A stretch of 64,000 nt of DNA from Sphaerodactylus townsendi (GCF_021028975.2 NC_059433.1:18538001-18602000); one strand, 5' to 3'; shown: positions 48,447-62,494, counted from the stretch's first letter. The notes: generated by a model from the letters alone, not told the origin. Translations and numbers: made by a program.

Positions 48447-50191
48447 AAAGTATTGTGTGTTGATTCTTTTTAGCAGTTTGTGGAATATTTTAAGGCTGTC
48501 CTATCTACTGCTAATAATCCTAAATGTGAATTTCTCTTTACATGAAAAAAGGGATTATGCTTTTTTAAACCATCTACAAGGCAGAACAGCCATTTCCATT
48601 AAAGATAACATGTCTACATTATGTATCTAAATCAACATATGTATTAAAATGTCAATATTTTGCAACAAGTGGAATGTTACAGCCCTCATCAATTATACAA
48701 ATAAACAGATTCATCTCCTTTATTCTGCTTCCCAACTCATGGACTGTAAACTAAACAGGGAACTTAAAGCCACTAGACATTTTATTCAGAAATGTTCAGC
48801 CTTCTGAACTTTCACCAGGAATGACCCATTAGGTTTCCAAGCTAGAAACTTATAGGAAAGGAAGGAAAGAGGGATTCTCAGGCTTTCCATTTCTTCATCC
48901 GACACCATATTTGTGCGGATCCCCCCCTCTCCCCGCTTAGCACTCCCACGTTACTGCATGTTAACATTTCTGAAATCAAAAGTTGGGGGTGGGGAATTAA
49001 TAAACACACCTCAAAAAGAAAGTTAGGTCTACATTTCTATGATTGCTTCCAAATACGTACATGGGTATATTTAAAGACAAAAAGTATGAGTATTACTGTC
49101 TCAATTTCTTAGTACCTGAACTGGATGTAGTAAAAAATGTAAAAACAATGTGCAAACATTTATGCAGAAGTCACATAAATGTCTGAATTAAGCCTAATCA
49201 AATTACAATATAAGGAGACATATTCCAAATGCTTTTACACAGTAGCAGAGATGCACCTTTTCAGAGCTACTTATCTAATGTGCCCTTGCAACTGCCTGGA
49301 CAATTACCATAAGTTTTCAGCATCCAGCTGTACTGTTTGAGTTCCTTTATGGGATTAGGTTGGTTTATGCAATAAATGCCTTTTAACATTATGGGGTGAA
49401 GCCAGCCAATTTCTTCACTCAATGTCACCCCTTCCCACAGCCTCTGTATCACATGGTGTTAGGTCAAGAAGGACCCCAACCTCCCTTTCTTATCAGTGAA
49501 AAAGATGGCTGGATCCAATCCTATGTAACTTTTGGAAATTACTAAAACACAGAAGCCCCCCCCCCCCCCCCCCGGCCCCGAGTGTCTATTTGCAGGGGCT
49601 CCATGGTTGGACTCACATTCATGCTACATGACATTTCAGCATGCAATCTGTATGAAGATGTTGGATGACCACCGTATCAAGCAATCTGTGATATTAGTTT
49701 CTAGCTACAGATATTGGGAAAAGCTTGAACCTCCAAACAGAACTAGTTCTTCAATCTGTTACACTGCTTTTCAGTTTCAATCACTTGGACATTTTATTGA
49801 TTAGAAGGAGACTTCTATACCATACAAACATGCTCTGTGTGTATGTGTTTTCCAGTGCCCTAAGAATATTCTGCATATATGTTCTGTGTCACATGGATGT
49901 TTATTACCAATGCCAACATTTTTGTATGACCTCTACCCATTCTAGGGAAATTCTACCATGTAGTTTAACAGAACGCTACTGTAACAATATACAATTAAAA
50001 GAGTATACATCAAAATGTAAAAACCGCTGTGTTTATCCCACAGACATCCTGCAGACCAAGGAGGAGTGATCTCACCCAATTTCCCTCCTTACTGCAGCCC
50101 AACAACACACATGACCCCACACACACTCTGGGCAATGCCTTTTCATGGATGTAGAACAGAAAGGTAGCAAAAGATTTCATGCCACAGAAAA

Positions 50192-50650
50192 TCATAAGAA
50201 CATAAGAACTAGCCCGCTGGATCAGACCAGAGTCCATCTAGTCCAGCACTCAGCTACTCGCAGTGGCCCACCAGGTGCTTTTGGGAGCTCACATGCAGGA
50301 TGTGAAAGCAATGGCCTGCTGCTGCTGCTGCTCCTGAGCACCTGGTCTGCTAAGGCATTTGCAATCTGAGATCAAGGAGGATCAAGATTGGTAGCCAGAG
50401 ATCGACTTCTCCTCCATAAATCTGTCCAAGCCCCTTTTTAAAGCCATCCAGGTTAGTGGCCATCACCACCTCCTGTGGCAGCATATTCCAAACACCAATC
50501 ACACGTTGCATGAAGAAGTGTTTCCTTTTATTAGTCCTAATTCTTCCCCCCAGCATTTTCAATGAATGCCCCCTGGTTCTAGGATTGTGAGAAAGAGAGA
50601 AAATTTTCTCTCTGTCAATATTTTCTACCCCATGCATAATTTCATAGACG
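50192..50650 (-). mobile_element. Young CR1 3' end
   Basis: ORF 50350..50757 contains CR1 ORF2 C-terminus (RTRGHSLKMLGGRIRTNKRKHFFMQRVIGVWNMLP); tandem CATAAGAA tail repeat. Confidence 0.9.
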
Positions 50651-51928
50651 TCCAATCCATAGGATGCAACCTCTGCAAACTGCACAGAATACGGCCGTTC
50701 AGGAGAGGTAGGCACAATTGTTTGCCCAAAGCTGTCAGTTTTTGTACGTATTTGCAAATACAGTCACCGGATATCACTGGTATTGTATGTTATGCATTAT
50801 AAAGAAGCCATTAGTGTTTTTTCAATTATTCTCAAATCCTGGATGCACGCCAGAACAGTGTGTTGAAAGCCTCCAAACAGTGGCATAAGGAGAGGCTTAC
50901 ATTATCCCTGCGAGAGAAAGAGCGAATATTATGTATAGGTCATTGTTCTAGCTAGTCATTCAAACAGGAAAATCTACACAAACTCAAAGAATAGAACCAA
51001 GGCCGATATACATGTGTTGGCTCCTTTCACTGCCTCCAGAACAAACAGGGAAATTAATGTTTATATCTTTATTTGGCATCATCTGATTAGCATTCAACAC
51101 TGAAGTATTTTGAGGTTCTTTCCCCCTTCTCTTTGACTGCTCAGCTGACTTATGCAGCGAGCTGATCCGATTATCTGTTTAGAAGAAAGCCCTTTAAAAA
51201 GAAAACCAAAAAAAAGCCTAATACAAATTATTTCCTTTTTATATAAGCGTATTTAGTTTGATAAAGAGAGAAATGAAGTCTCGAGGACAAGGTATATTGT
51301 CAGTACATATACATCTTCTAGGAAATGTAGGAGGGCATCCAAATGCCCAGTGGGCAATGGAAAGTAGACCCTCTGACTTTAATTGAAGGAAGAAAAGTTT
51401 GGCATCCTTCAGCAATTACTCTAGTATTTGAATAATTCAGTGGAACAAATGACTATTACTTCCTATATTAGAAGTGTATTTTTTTAAAAAACCTGCAAAG
51501 CATCTATAATTAATTGCCACCTTTTAGAAGAGGGTCTAGACATTACACCATTTCCAAAATTATACGGTAAAAGCCAAGCCATTTTTTTAGCAGCCTCCCA
51601 TTCTGTGCCAAATGGACTTTCAAGCTCTCAAGGTCTCCATTCAAAAAGATTGTACTTTTAATGTGGCAATACTGAAAGTTGCTATCTTTTGCAAAGCAAC
51701 CTATTTCATGGAGCACGTCCATCAAATAAGATATTCTTAAAGCATACAGACTAATGTAACTGCTTATTTCAGGGAGTGTTTAAATTAACAATCTTAAACA
51801 TTCCTCTTTTGACTGTATCACTCAGAGTCTCTTTTTCAGTTCAAGAAGTTCTGATGTACAGGTAATCCGAGTCTAGCTCTGGACAATTCACCTCCCAGGC
51901 TCCAACTATGTCATCTAACCAGCTAATA

Positions 51929-52579
51929 CAGGGGTTGGCAACCTTTACCATCCAAAGAGCCATTTGGACCCATTTTCCACGGCCCCGAAGATCTACCGAG
52001 CCAGAGAGGCTGCCTCCGGTTCGGCCCCTCCACTCACCTTTCCTTCTAGCACTGGGAGATGGAGGCGCCGGGCAGGGAAACCTCCTCTGCCCAACGGAGC
52101 AGGCAGCTGCCTGCTCTGTGGGGCAGAAGGGGGATGGTGTCTGCGGCCTGCCTGGTGCTGCCACCTCTGGTGCTGCGGGAGGCAGCGGCCGGGCAGGGAA
52201 ACCCCCTCTGCCCGCCTGCTCCATGGGGCAGAGGAGGGGTGGTGGCTGTGGGGATGGCGAGGGGATGGCGGCTGCTCTGGAAGGACACGCCCACACTACT
52301 CTCTGACCTCCAGGGGTCAGAGGGCAATGTGGGCGCAGCCCTCCAGGCCTCCAGAGCAGCGCTGCAAGGAGAGGTGAGCGGAGGGGATGCGAAAAGTGGT
52401 GCCCTCACGCATGGAGCTGCATCCGGTTCGGCCCCTCCACTCACCCTTCCTTCCAGCACTGCTCTGGAGGGCTGGAGGGACACGCCCATGCTACCCTCTG
52501 ATTTCCAGGCCACACAGAGCCGCAGTATAAGGCTGAAAGAGCCGCATGCGGCTCTGGAGCCGCGGGTTGCAGACCCCTG
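51929..52579. mobile_element. Non-autonomous hAT (Charlie-like) element with GC-rich internal duplications
   Basis: CAGGGGTTGGCAACC / GGTTGCAGACCCCTG ends; perfect TSD AGCTAATA; subterminal blocks shared with 42004 element. Confidence 0.88.
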
Positions 52580-53073
52580 AGCTAATACTTTAAATACCCG
52601 TGTGTGTGTCTCTTCCACACCCTGTGCTATTAGCCCCTCTCAACTGTGCCTCTGATGTCCCTCCACTGGTGGTTTTAGAATGGCCAGTGATGAATGATGC
52701 ACCCTTCAAAGAAGATAAATCCCTTGCGCTCAGTCCAAGGAGACCAGGGCAAGGACACATGTGAGCCTGAGTCTTTTTTCCCCTCATATCACATACAATA
52801 ATGAATGTCTGACCGAGGTGGCTAGATGAAGGGAAACAAGCTACCCAAGAGTAGCAGTACACGAAGATTCAGGCCTGCCCTGCCCTTATGGGAATGAGGT
52901 AACAGAATCTGGAGGTGGGAGTGCGAACAATAGCGCACTACCATTTGGATATCACTTCGAGCTTATATCGAGCCAACATGTGCATGAACCTGGCTTACTA
53001 CCATTCCTGCCTATATGAAGAACCCGAAGTCACCAGCCATTTCACATAAATGCAGATGTGCAGATTAACTATT

Positions 53074-53428
53074 AGAACATAAGAACAAGCCAGCTGGAAC
53101 AGACCAGAGTCCATCTAGTCCAGCTCTCTGCTACTCACAGTGGCCCACCAGGTGCCTTTGGGAGCTCACATGCAGGATGTGAAACCAATGGCCTTCTGCG
53201 GCTGTTGCTCCCAAGCACCTGGTCTGCTAAGGCATTTGCAATCTGAGATCAAGGAGGATCAAGATTGGTAGCCATAAATCGACTTCTCCTCCATAAATCT
53301 GTCCAAGCCCCTTTTAAAGCCATCCAGGTTAGTGGCCATTACCACCTCCTGTGGCAGCATATTCCAAACACCAGTCACACATTGCGTGAAGAAGTGTTTC
53401 CTTTTATTAGTCCTAATTCTTCCCCCCA
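53074..53428 (-). mobile_element. Young CR1 3' end (same subfamily as 50192)
   Basis: Near-identical to 50192..50550. Confidence 0.9.
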
Positions 53429-53669
53429 AATAATTAGAATCTTATATGGGGATTAATAAGAGTGGCTTAAACACTAATTCCATGACAAAGGGGGGGACAT
53501 GGCCTACTTACATTCATAGATTACAGGTAAATTAAGTTTCCAATCAGGATTCTCCATGCGAGAAGAGGGAAGACGTGATAGGGGAGGGGTACCCTCACTC
53601 AGCAGAACAAACCAGGTTCATGTGTGCCAACTTAAAATTACATCTCAATGCAACCCTGGTCATATTCTC

Positions 53670-54370
53670 CCACTGTAATGTATACCGGATATGTAGTCAG
53701 GTCTTGGATTAAGTCAATGCTTTCCCATAAATAATCCAGGACAGACTGCAGTCCTGCTCCACACTCACAGTTTGCTTTCGTAGGGGCTCACTCCTCCCCA
53801 AGTAATTCTTTGAAGAATTTCTGGCAGAAGATGCAACTCATTTATCCTTTCTATGAAGCACTGTGGGAAAAACAACCCTCGGTGCTACATCTTCCAAACA
53901 AGTTTAGAAGGGCTTTTAACATCCATTTAGAATGGACGCAGGCACATTCCCACAAGCCTTTCCTAACCTAAACACAGGACTAAAAGTTCAAATGGAATAC
54001 ATCCCAAATGCTCATGTTATTAATCTTTCTGATGTAAAATGAACTGTTTACTAATCACCCAGCCTTGCAGCCTCGTGTATGAAGATGTGTTCTTTTATAA
54101 AGTCTTCTTCAGGCAAGGAGTTGAGGGTGGCTTTCCATATAGACTATTTCTTTTTCTGGAAAACAAACACCCTCCCCTGCAACTTGCTTCCTGACATCAA
54201 GGGCAACACAGCCCTTCTCCAGCAATATGTTCTGTGACTGCAATTTGGATTTCAGTCTGCCGAGGCTTCTTGAAGCTTTATTGTCTATTCTACGCTCTTA
54301 TCATCTGAAGTAGTCACAGAAGTACTGCAAGACGAAAATACGGAGTTCTTGGCCCACCAGCCCTTTTATT
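53670..54370 (+). mobile_element. Highly decayed Penelope-like element 3' part (GIY-YIG remnant + hammerhead-like motif)
   Basis: Ordered motif remnants VYRI (53680), GQT..L.T (53739), LE (53904), PNLN (53962); CTGAAGT-AGTC..GAC-GAAA at 54305..54337. Confidence 0.35.
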
Positions 54371-54496
54371 TAAGTTTTTAAGGATTATTTTTATAATATT
54401 CACAAAATCTAGCTTCAGATGAAATATCATATATAGAAGTAACAAAGACCTATTTTGCAGAACTGTAGAGGTCGGAAGTATGGTTGAAGGCCAAAA

Positions 54497-54968
54497 TCAA
54501 CTGGCTGTTGTGGTTTGAGAGCCAGTGTGGTGAAGTGGTTAAGAGCACGTAAACTATAATCTGGAGAACCGGGTTTGATCCCTCACTCCTCCACATGAGC
54601 GGTGGGCTCTAAACTAGTAAATCGGTTTTGTTTTTCCATTCCTCCAGATGAAGTCTGCTGGGTGACCTTGGGCTAGTTGGTCACAGTTCTCCCAGAACTC
54701 TCTCATCTCTACCTACTCTAGAGATGTTGTGGGGAGAAGAGAAGAGGTTTGTAAGCTGCTTTAGGACTCCGTACAATTGATAAAAGCAGGTTATAAAATC
54801 CAAACTGTTCTTCTTCTCTTCCAGGCTGTGTGGCTGGAAGATTTTCACCAACATTCTTGGCTGGCATCCTCACAGGCACGTCACAGTAAGACTGTGATGC
54901 GGATGAAACATTAGGAGCAAAACCTATCAGACCACGGTCACACAGCCCAGAAAATGCACAACAGCCCG
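54497..54968. mobile_element. Penelope-like inverted terminal remnant interrupted by a SINE
   Basis: GGCTGTTGTGGTTT|SINE|TCCAGGCTGTGTGGC; inverted partner CACACAGCCCAGAAAA..CACAACAGCC. Confidence 0.55.
54517..54818 (+). mobile_element. Squam3-like SINE
   Basis: GAGAGCCAGTGTGGTGAAGTGGTTAAGAGC head, core, TTCTTCTTCT tail. Confidence 0.8.
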
Positions 54969-55357
54969 TCAGTGAAATACTCTGAACATTCAAAAAAGAC
55001 AACATCAGGAAGGAGTCAGAGATCAGCAAGAAGGTCTGTTTACAGGATTGGATTTTTTAGCCCTCTCTTTCCAACTCTTCATAAAAAGCCGCCTTGCTGC
55101 GACTCCTGCCACGCCTCCACCACTTCCCATCACTGCTGCTGCCTCTCTGCTGCTTCCCAGCAGAGCAAGCTCATCAGCAAGCACTGAAAATGTGTTGGGG
55201 GGGGGGATTGGAACAGCAGGGGGAGTTTGGATGGGTTGGGGACCGCTTTGTGATGCTAAGCCATTGCTGCAGAACATCCCTTCCTTCTCTCTTTAGGGGA
55301 AAGACAAGCTTTCCACTAATGTGAGGCAATGTATTTGGATCCAACTCACTAAAAGCA

Positions 55358-55651
55358 ACGTGTGATTGGTGTTTGGAATATGCTGCCACAGGAGGTAGTG
55401 ATGGCCACTAACCTGGATAGCTTTAAAAAGGGCTTGGACAGATTTATGGAGGAGAAGTCGATCTATGGCTACCAATCTTGATCCTCCTTGATCTGAGATT
55501 GCAAATGCCTTAGCAGACCAGGTGCTCAGGAGCAGCAGCAGCAGAAGGCCATTGCTTTCACATCCTGCATGTGAGCTCCCAAAGGCACCTGGTGGGCCAC
55601 TGCGAGTAGCAGAGTGCTGGACTAGATGGACACTGGTCTGATCCAGCAGGC
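55358..55651 (+). mobile_element. Young CR1 3' end (same subfamily, opposite orientation), runs into gap
   Basis: Reverse complement of the 50215..50506 and 53090..53385 segments. Confidence 0.9.
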
Positions 55652-55800
55652 NNNNNNNNNNNNNNNNNNNNNNNNNNNNNNNNNNNNNNNNNNNNNNNNN
55701 NNNNNNNNNNNNNNNNNNNNNNNNNNNNNNNNNNNNNNNNNNNNNNNNNNNNNNNNNNNNNNNNNNNNNNNNNNNNNNNNNNNNNNNNNNNNNNNNNNNN
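55652..55800. other. Assembly gap (N run)
   Basis: Run of n. Confidence 1.
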
Positions 55801-58800
55801 ATATAAATGGATTCCACAATACTTAGTTTGGACTGAAGGTGGCAGAAGCAAACTAATGCTGCAAGTCTAGGTGCATTTACGTGAACAATTGTAACTTTTT
55901 CCTCTATGGCCACTTCCACTCATTTTCACCTATCGTACCAAAGATGAACAAGTGTCCAAAAAGGCAAACTGTTGTAGCGTACAAGAGATTAGACATCCAT
56001 TTGATAAGTTCTTTGGCAAAATGCTTCCATAAATTCACTTGGTGAATCTTTCACTCAACATTCGCATGGTGATGGACACACCATAAGAACACTCAGCCAC
56101 ATTCCACTTTTAAGAGCATATATAGGGAAAGTAACATGGGAAACAGAGTTCAGAATATACCAACATATAAAAGGAGTACTAGTGGGAATGGGAACGTATT
56201 AATGCAGCATGTTACTGCCACCTATAGAATAAACAGAAGACTACAACTGCTCTTCACATTTTGGGCTGGAGGTGGCTAAAGCGAGCTACAGTAACAATTG
56301 CAGATGCTTTTACAACTAAGTGGCTGTAACTCCTCCCACCAACCAAAATGTGTTTAAACCAAAATGTACTTAAACCGAGTTTAGCTGCTTGGCACTCTGA
56401 ACTAATCCCCACTGTGCACCACTGTCTAGATGTAATCCACAATGACAAAGATGAAGTAAAATGCAAGGTTTCTTTTCAGTTCACCTGTGTTGTTCTTATG
56501 CACACTCGCACTTGTATTCTTCCAGTTCTTAAAAAGCATGGATGACTACTCATATGTAGCGGTTCAAACCACTCCTTTTAAGAGCATAGCCAGATTAATC
56601 AGCTGACTGTATTTGTGACAGTGGGAATGTACTGAACGAAAGCTCAGCAATCTTAGCATGTGATCCGAGGGTTGAATCCTGTCTGCAGGACTGCAGATTT
56701 TTCCTGTTTCACCTCCCACCCCTGGCAGTCTTTCCAACCCCAGGAAAGTAACAACCAGGCAAATCAGAAGGCAGGAGGAAAGTAGGCAAAATTGCCACCT
56801 CATCCATTAACAAAGCCGCACGGATAAAAGAGGCCGAAAATACTATTTCCTCTGCGCTCCTGAAGCCTCAAGAACTGAAGAATGTAGTTAACAAGGATGC
56901 TACAACCCCAGGAATAAGCTTTCCCAGGGTCAGAAAGCAAAAGGACCACAGGAAAAATCCATGTACGTTGGTGCCATCTTCCTGGTGGACCACAAGATCC
57001 GACCCAAAACTGTTGCTATGATAAAAACCCAAAAAGGGCAAAACGTTGAAATCTCCACTCATAAATAAGCTGAATAACCACTGAATAACTTCAGTGGTTG
57101 AATGCTACAGGTAGCCTTTTTGGCAAAGCTCTTTCCAAGTTTTCACACCTTTTAGAAAACTAGGAAGGAAAGGGATATTATATGCAGCATCAGCAAAGCC
57201 TGGCCTTCCGTGGCAACGGGGGCTCATTCTAGCCCACAACCAGCTGGCCTGATTCTGATGTGCTTTCTCAAAGAGCTTCTGGCAGTCAGTCCGTGAGTCA
57301 ATTGTATGTCGCTCTCCTATCACAGGACACTCTTTCTTTCTCTTAATGGCTCCTGAAAATAGCTACTGTACCACAGGCGCCTAGACACCGTAACTGCAGG
57401 AAAACATGCAAGTAACTCAGCTACGCTGTGAGGAACTTTATGCACTTGACACAGCTTCCTGTATCACAGGTACACCAGCACCATCACAAAGAGGGGGAAA
57501 AAACAGAAATAAACTACACTGAAAGGAGTTCCCCCGCGCACGCTGTGTAGCAACACTTGAGATTAATTTTCTGTGCCGTAGCTGTCTAAGCATGGCCACT
57601 GAAGGGGAACCAATAAAAGGAAATAACCCACTATGCCTAGTCTTTTTTTATTTTAAGTTGTCAGCAATGCCTGAAGATGGATTTTGGTCACTATTGTTGG
57701 AGAGAAGAAATAGAGAAACTCACTCACTAAACAACAACCAAAAACACACCAACTCCAAGAAAAAAATCTCACAGAAAAAGTTTACAATAATGCTGAGCAG
57801 GAAGGAATGGCTCCTGCTCCTTTGGACATGCTCGGTTTGAGCTGTGACTCTGGGGAAACCTCAGAATGAGTTCCCAAATGAATAATGTTCTGTCTATCGC
57901 AATTAGAAAATGTTTTTTTAAATCTAATACAGAGTTTTCTTCATTGGACCTTTTTACTGAGCCCTCTTGTAGAAGGGCATCTTATAAATCAAGTGAAATA
58001 AATTCATAATGTAAACAAATACAACAGGTGCTAGAAAAGGTGGTGGGTAAAGAGCGCCCACTGAGGGCCCTCTGTTATCTGGCTTTCCTTCCCCTCTTTC
58101 TCTCACTAATCCACTGCTGGTCTCTGCTGCATCCCACTCTGCTCCATTCCTCCTCTCTCATCACCCCCCCCCCCCCCCGCTGTCTTGCTTTCCTCCATTT
58201 ATCCGCTCCCAACCTCATCCCCTTCTGAGCTCCCTCCACCTTACCTGGCTCTTTTAAATCTTGCTAGGGTGGGGGCCACTTGCTCCATCTCCCCTCCTGC
58301 AGCCTAGCAGGCACAGCTGGCTGGCTGCCACTGGGTCTGGAGGCTGGGCTTCAATGAGAGGGCTTTGCAGTCCTGGGGTCGTCTTTGCCCACTGATGGCC
58401 ACATCAGCCATGCCTCCTTGCCACAGCTTGCCTTCTTCGCCCAGGAGTGTCCGGGGTTCCTTGTTAAGTGAAGGTGGGAATGGAGCCATGCCAGACATTC
58501 ACCAAGCTGCAGGAGGCTTGGCTCAGGGTGGAAGGGTGAAGTGCTGGTCAATGTTGGTTGCTTCTGGGGGGGAGGGCAGCAGAGGACTGGCTGGGATGCA
58601 AGGGATATGGGGGGCCAATCACAATACTTGGGAGAGGGTGGGCAGGGGGGTGGGCAGGCTTGTGCCAGGCCCAGCAAGGAGGCTTGCTGCCGATGCCTCA
58701 GTTTGGTCTGTAGGGGGTGGGAGAGGACAGGCGGGGGAATGGGGAGGTTTGTGTCTGGCCTGACAGGGAGGTCAGCTTGCCACTGGTGTCCCTGCAGGCC

Positions 58801-59049
58801 CAGCTTGCTCCTTGGTCAGGGGGCAAGGCGGGGGGGGGGGGGACTGGTTGGGCTGGGAGGGACAACCAATCCCCGCACAGGACTCACTTCCACGGCTGGA
58901 AGTGAGTCGTGCCTCATTTGGTTGGAAGTGCATCGTTGACATGTTCCGTCTCTTAGCAAATTATTACTGAGAATTCACATCAAAAATCTCTGCCTCCCCT
59001 CCCTCGTAATCTTCCCCATGAGAAGAGTTCCTCCTGTGATATCTGTTTC

Positions 59050-59126
59050 ATGTATCTGAAGTAGCAAGCTGGACCTCACAAAACCTATATTGAAATAAAT
59101 GTTGTTAGTCTTTAAGGTGCCACTGG
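59050..59126 (+). mobile_element. Penelope-like terminal-repeat remnant
   Basis: GTATCTGAAG..AAATAAATGTTGTTAGTCTTTAAGGTGCCACTGG. Confidence 0.55.
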
Positions 59127-61723
59127 TCATTGGCTCTCTTTTTCTTCTCATTCTAGCCTTCTCACTAGAACACCATACAATGCCTCTTTCAGTGAAATTT
59201 GCCTTCATGTGACATCTACTGGAACAATTCCGAAAAAGGCAGTTTCCTACCTAATTGACAGTGTTTCAAAATGAAAGATTCTAATTGAATTTTCATTTCT
59301 GAAGTATATTTAAGTAGTTATGATTCTACAAATCAGGCAAGAAGTTTGTCATTAAAATTAATCTGTCCTGCTATACCACTGACCAATAGCTCAAATCATC
59401 CCAATACTATAACCAAGATGCAAAAACAAGAAGATAGTCACAAGATCATAGTAGCAACTCCATTTCTACAACATCAAGACTTCATATTTGTCAGCATCTT
59501 ATTGGCTTGACCATATACACAAATAAGGTAAGATGTCATTATGTAACTGAGAACAGATCAGAAATTTAAAGGGGAGGCAAAAACAAATTGTAGAACAAGC
59601 CACAGAAGTGTGTGTTGTGATATGCTAAGAAGGGAGCAATTATAGATATCAAAGTTCTACTGTAGCATCTTATGAAATTATGTAAACAGTTTTTGGCTGC
59701 TAGGAAATGAGCATGATGTCAAATACCGTCTTCAAAAAAACAGAGGAAAGCAACAGTCTCTTGTTCTTAAGAATGTTAGCCTGAAGGCATTTACCACTAG
59801 GATCAATTGCATTAATACTCCCAGCATTATGAACCAAGTCTAGCTCATTATTATGGTATCCCTAAAAACACAATCCTTTTATTCAGATTTTTTTTTTTAC
59901 AGGCACTTCAGTCCTGAGAGGTGTGAGGAAGTGCTCTTGCTCAAAACAAACCTTTGCAATAGCTGTTCTAAAAACAAAACGCTGCAACAGAAGCAAGCCT
60001 CTTATGGGTTCATCTAACATGCATAAAGCGGTACCATTCTTCTAATGGCTAGTTCACACTTCCAAACCCAAGCTTTATGTCACAGCATGCTTGGACAGAA
60101 GAATGCCAACAGCCAGTGTGACAGAAATTGATTCTGTATCTGTAGCCTCACAGTCATTTTTTGTAATAAATCCATTTTTGCTGATACTGAAAATGCTGGA
60201 AGAATTCTATCCCACGACTGGCATTACAAATTTGACAGTGAACATTCTTCTGCAATTACAGATTCCAATCGTCATGAGCTTTGATTCATGCCTGCCTCAC
60301 CACTGAATTCCACTTCGTCATTAAGGCAAATAAGCAGTCTCTCTTGCTATAAAATCTGCATTTCTCCATTTTATTCTGCTTCACAATATAAGCTGGAGAT
60401 CTAGCAGTTTCAGTAACAGAACATACATTATTAGTTAAGCAGCTCAAGTGCTTAAAATGCAGTACAATTTACCCTGTGTCCTAAATAGCCTTTTAATCAT
60501 TAGCATGACAGCCGATAGACGTAATAAACTTTCACCTACAAGAATTTTTCTGATTATTCTCGATGGTTCCTGGAGAGGACATGGCAGAGAAAAACAAGCA
60601 AGTAGCACAGTGCTGGTCAAGCGAAACCTCCAATTACGACGCAGCTCCGATGATGTGCATCTTCCCTGATACAGAAAGACAAACGATGCCAGCCACTCTC
60701 TCCCCCAACACAGGATACGCCACTTTCCGAATGATCATTCACATAGCATTTCTGATCCACAGCACTTCCTTCTACTGCTTCTGCACAAGCTGAATGCAAG
60801 CTGTCAGAGATGGTGTACCAGAATGCATGCCTGTATCTGGGAGCATACCACATGCTGTTCAAGAAAGGGGTGGAAAATATGCTGCTGAGGAATGCACTAA
60901 CAGCTAACATTTGACAATCCAACTTTCAGTGAATTATTACACTGCTTAAACCACTACTAAAGAGATTTCAGTTCAGATAGCTACTGTTGATTTGGCTTCC
61001 CTTTCGGCAAAATTAACAGTTGTTATGGCCCTGCTTAATAACCCTACAAGGCAGATGACTGTCTTATCTTACTAGTAATATACTTCCCCACGCCCAGGGC
61101 TGAAACAAGCGTTCACAAGCTTATTTGTGCATTGTAAATACAGACATGGGGGGATGGCATGCAATTGGGAAGTTCAGCAATTGGGAAGTTCATTCTTCAT
61201 TCCTTGATACCCAACCCCAACTCAGTGTCATGATTCTGCCTCTCCCAATAATTCTTTCCTCCCATCAACTTACTAATTTGTAAAGCTGGTTACGCTGACA
61301 GACAGTAACTAGCCTAAAATCACTCAGTGAGCTTTATGCCAAAGGGAGGATTTGAATCTAGGACTCAAGGAAGAGCTACTGTCTGTTCCAGTTGTCAGAC
61401 TCACCATAGGTTGAGTCTTCACAGACAGCCATCCAGCACTCCAAGAGGCAAGGACAGTTCCCTCCAGAGACCATGCCATGCACAGCGAGGTCTCCTGCAG
61501 CAAAGATGGAACGGTTTCCTATTGCAGATACTGGGTCAGAGCTGCAAGGAGGAGAGAGAACTGGCAACACCTGAGCCTGGAGAATCTGACCTCCATAGAG
61601 CATCTGTTCCTTTCCCATGCTGCAGGTATTGGAAGCCTGAGCTGGGCCAGAAGCACGTGCCAAATGGCTCTTTGTTGGCAGCTGTGAGGCATGGCCAGCA
61701 ACAGACTGGGACACTGCAGCTTA

Positions 61724-61955
61724 CCGTGTTTCCCCGAATATAAGACAGTGTCTTATATAAATTTTTGCTCCCAAAGATGAGCTTTGTCTTATTTTCAGGA
61801 GCTGCCTTATTTTTCTGTGTTCTGTTCGTCAGGCATGCTTCCAAACAAAAACTTTGCTACGTCTTACTTTCGGGGGATGCCTTATATTTCGCACTTCAGC
61901 AAAACCTCTACTATGTCTTATTTTTTGGGGATGTCTTATATTCGGGGAAACAGGG
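61724..61955. mobile_element. Tc1/mariner (Tc2/pogo-like) MITE
   Basis: TA TSD on both sides; TIR CCGTGTTTCCCCGAATATAAGAC; same family as 13893. Confidence 0.85.
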
Positions 61956-62494
61956 TATCCCCTGCTTCAAGCATGCACAGGGGCCTACGGGGATCAATGT
62001 CTTCATGTAAACACTATTCTTCATACTTCTCTTTGTAAACCACTTCGAGTGTCCAGAGTGAATGAAAAGTGAGATAAAGTCAAACAGAAATCAGGGCAGC
62101 CAACCTGGATACATGACACTGATACACAGTATGCAGTTTTACAAACATGGAGATGAACTGATGGGTAGAGATGCATCTATCACATGCATACAGAATATGC
62201 TGGCAACTCTATGAGGATGTCCTGGTGTCACTACTCTATGATCGATAAAAGCTGTTCTGATAGTTCACATGCTGCCTCCTGATATCTCCACTGGAAGGGA
62301 CAAGGAGTGCCCCAATGAGAAAATGAACGGGAGAAGTGAGAATTGGCTTCCCCTTCTAATGCAGAGCTGGGGGTTTATCTTGGTCATGGTCAGTAAATGG
62401 ATCACCTTCAAGGGTGACTGTGCTTCCACCGGGACTGCTGACTTGATAGTGGTGCGGACACTGGAGAAAGGACACTTGGAAGCACCTTCTAGAG

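Noticed and set aside
51841-52618. Several overlapping 130-190 aa ORFs
   Set aside because: GC-rich, stop-poor interior of a TSD-flanked non-autonomous hAT element; no transposase motifs.
58050-58940. GC-rich region with several ORFs (also 14620..15020 and 25330..26100)
   Set aside because: Probably degenerate repeats, but no TIR, TSD or protein motif could be fixed, so no call was made.
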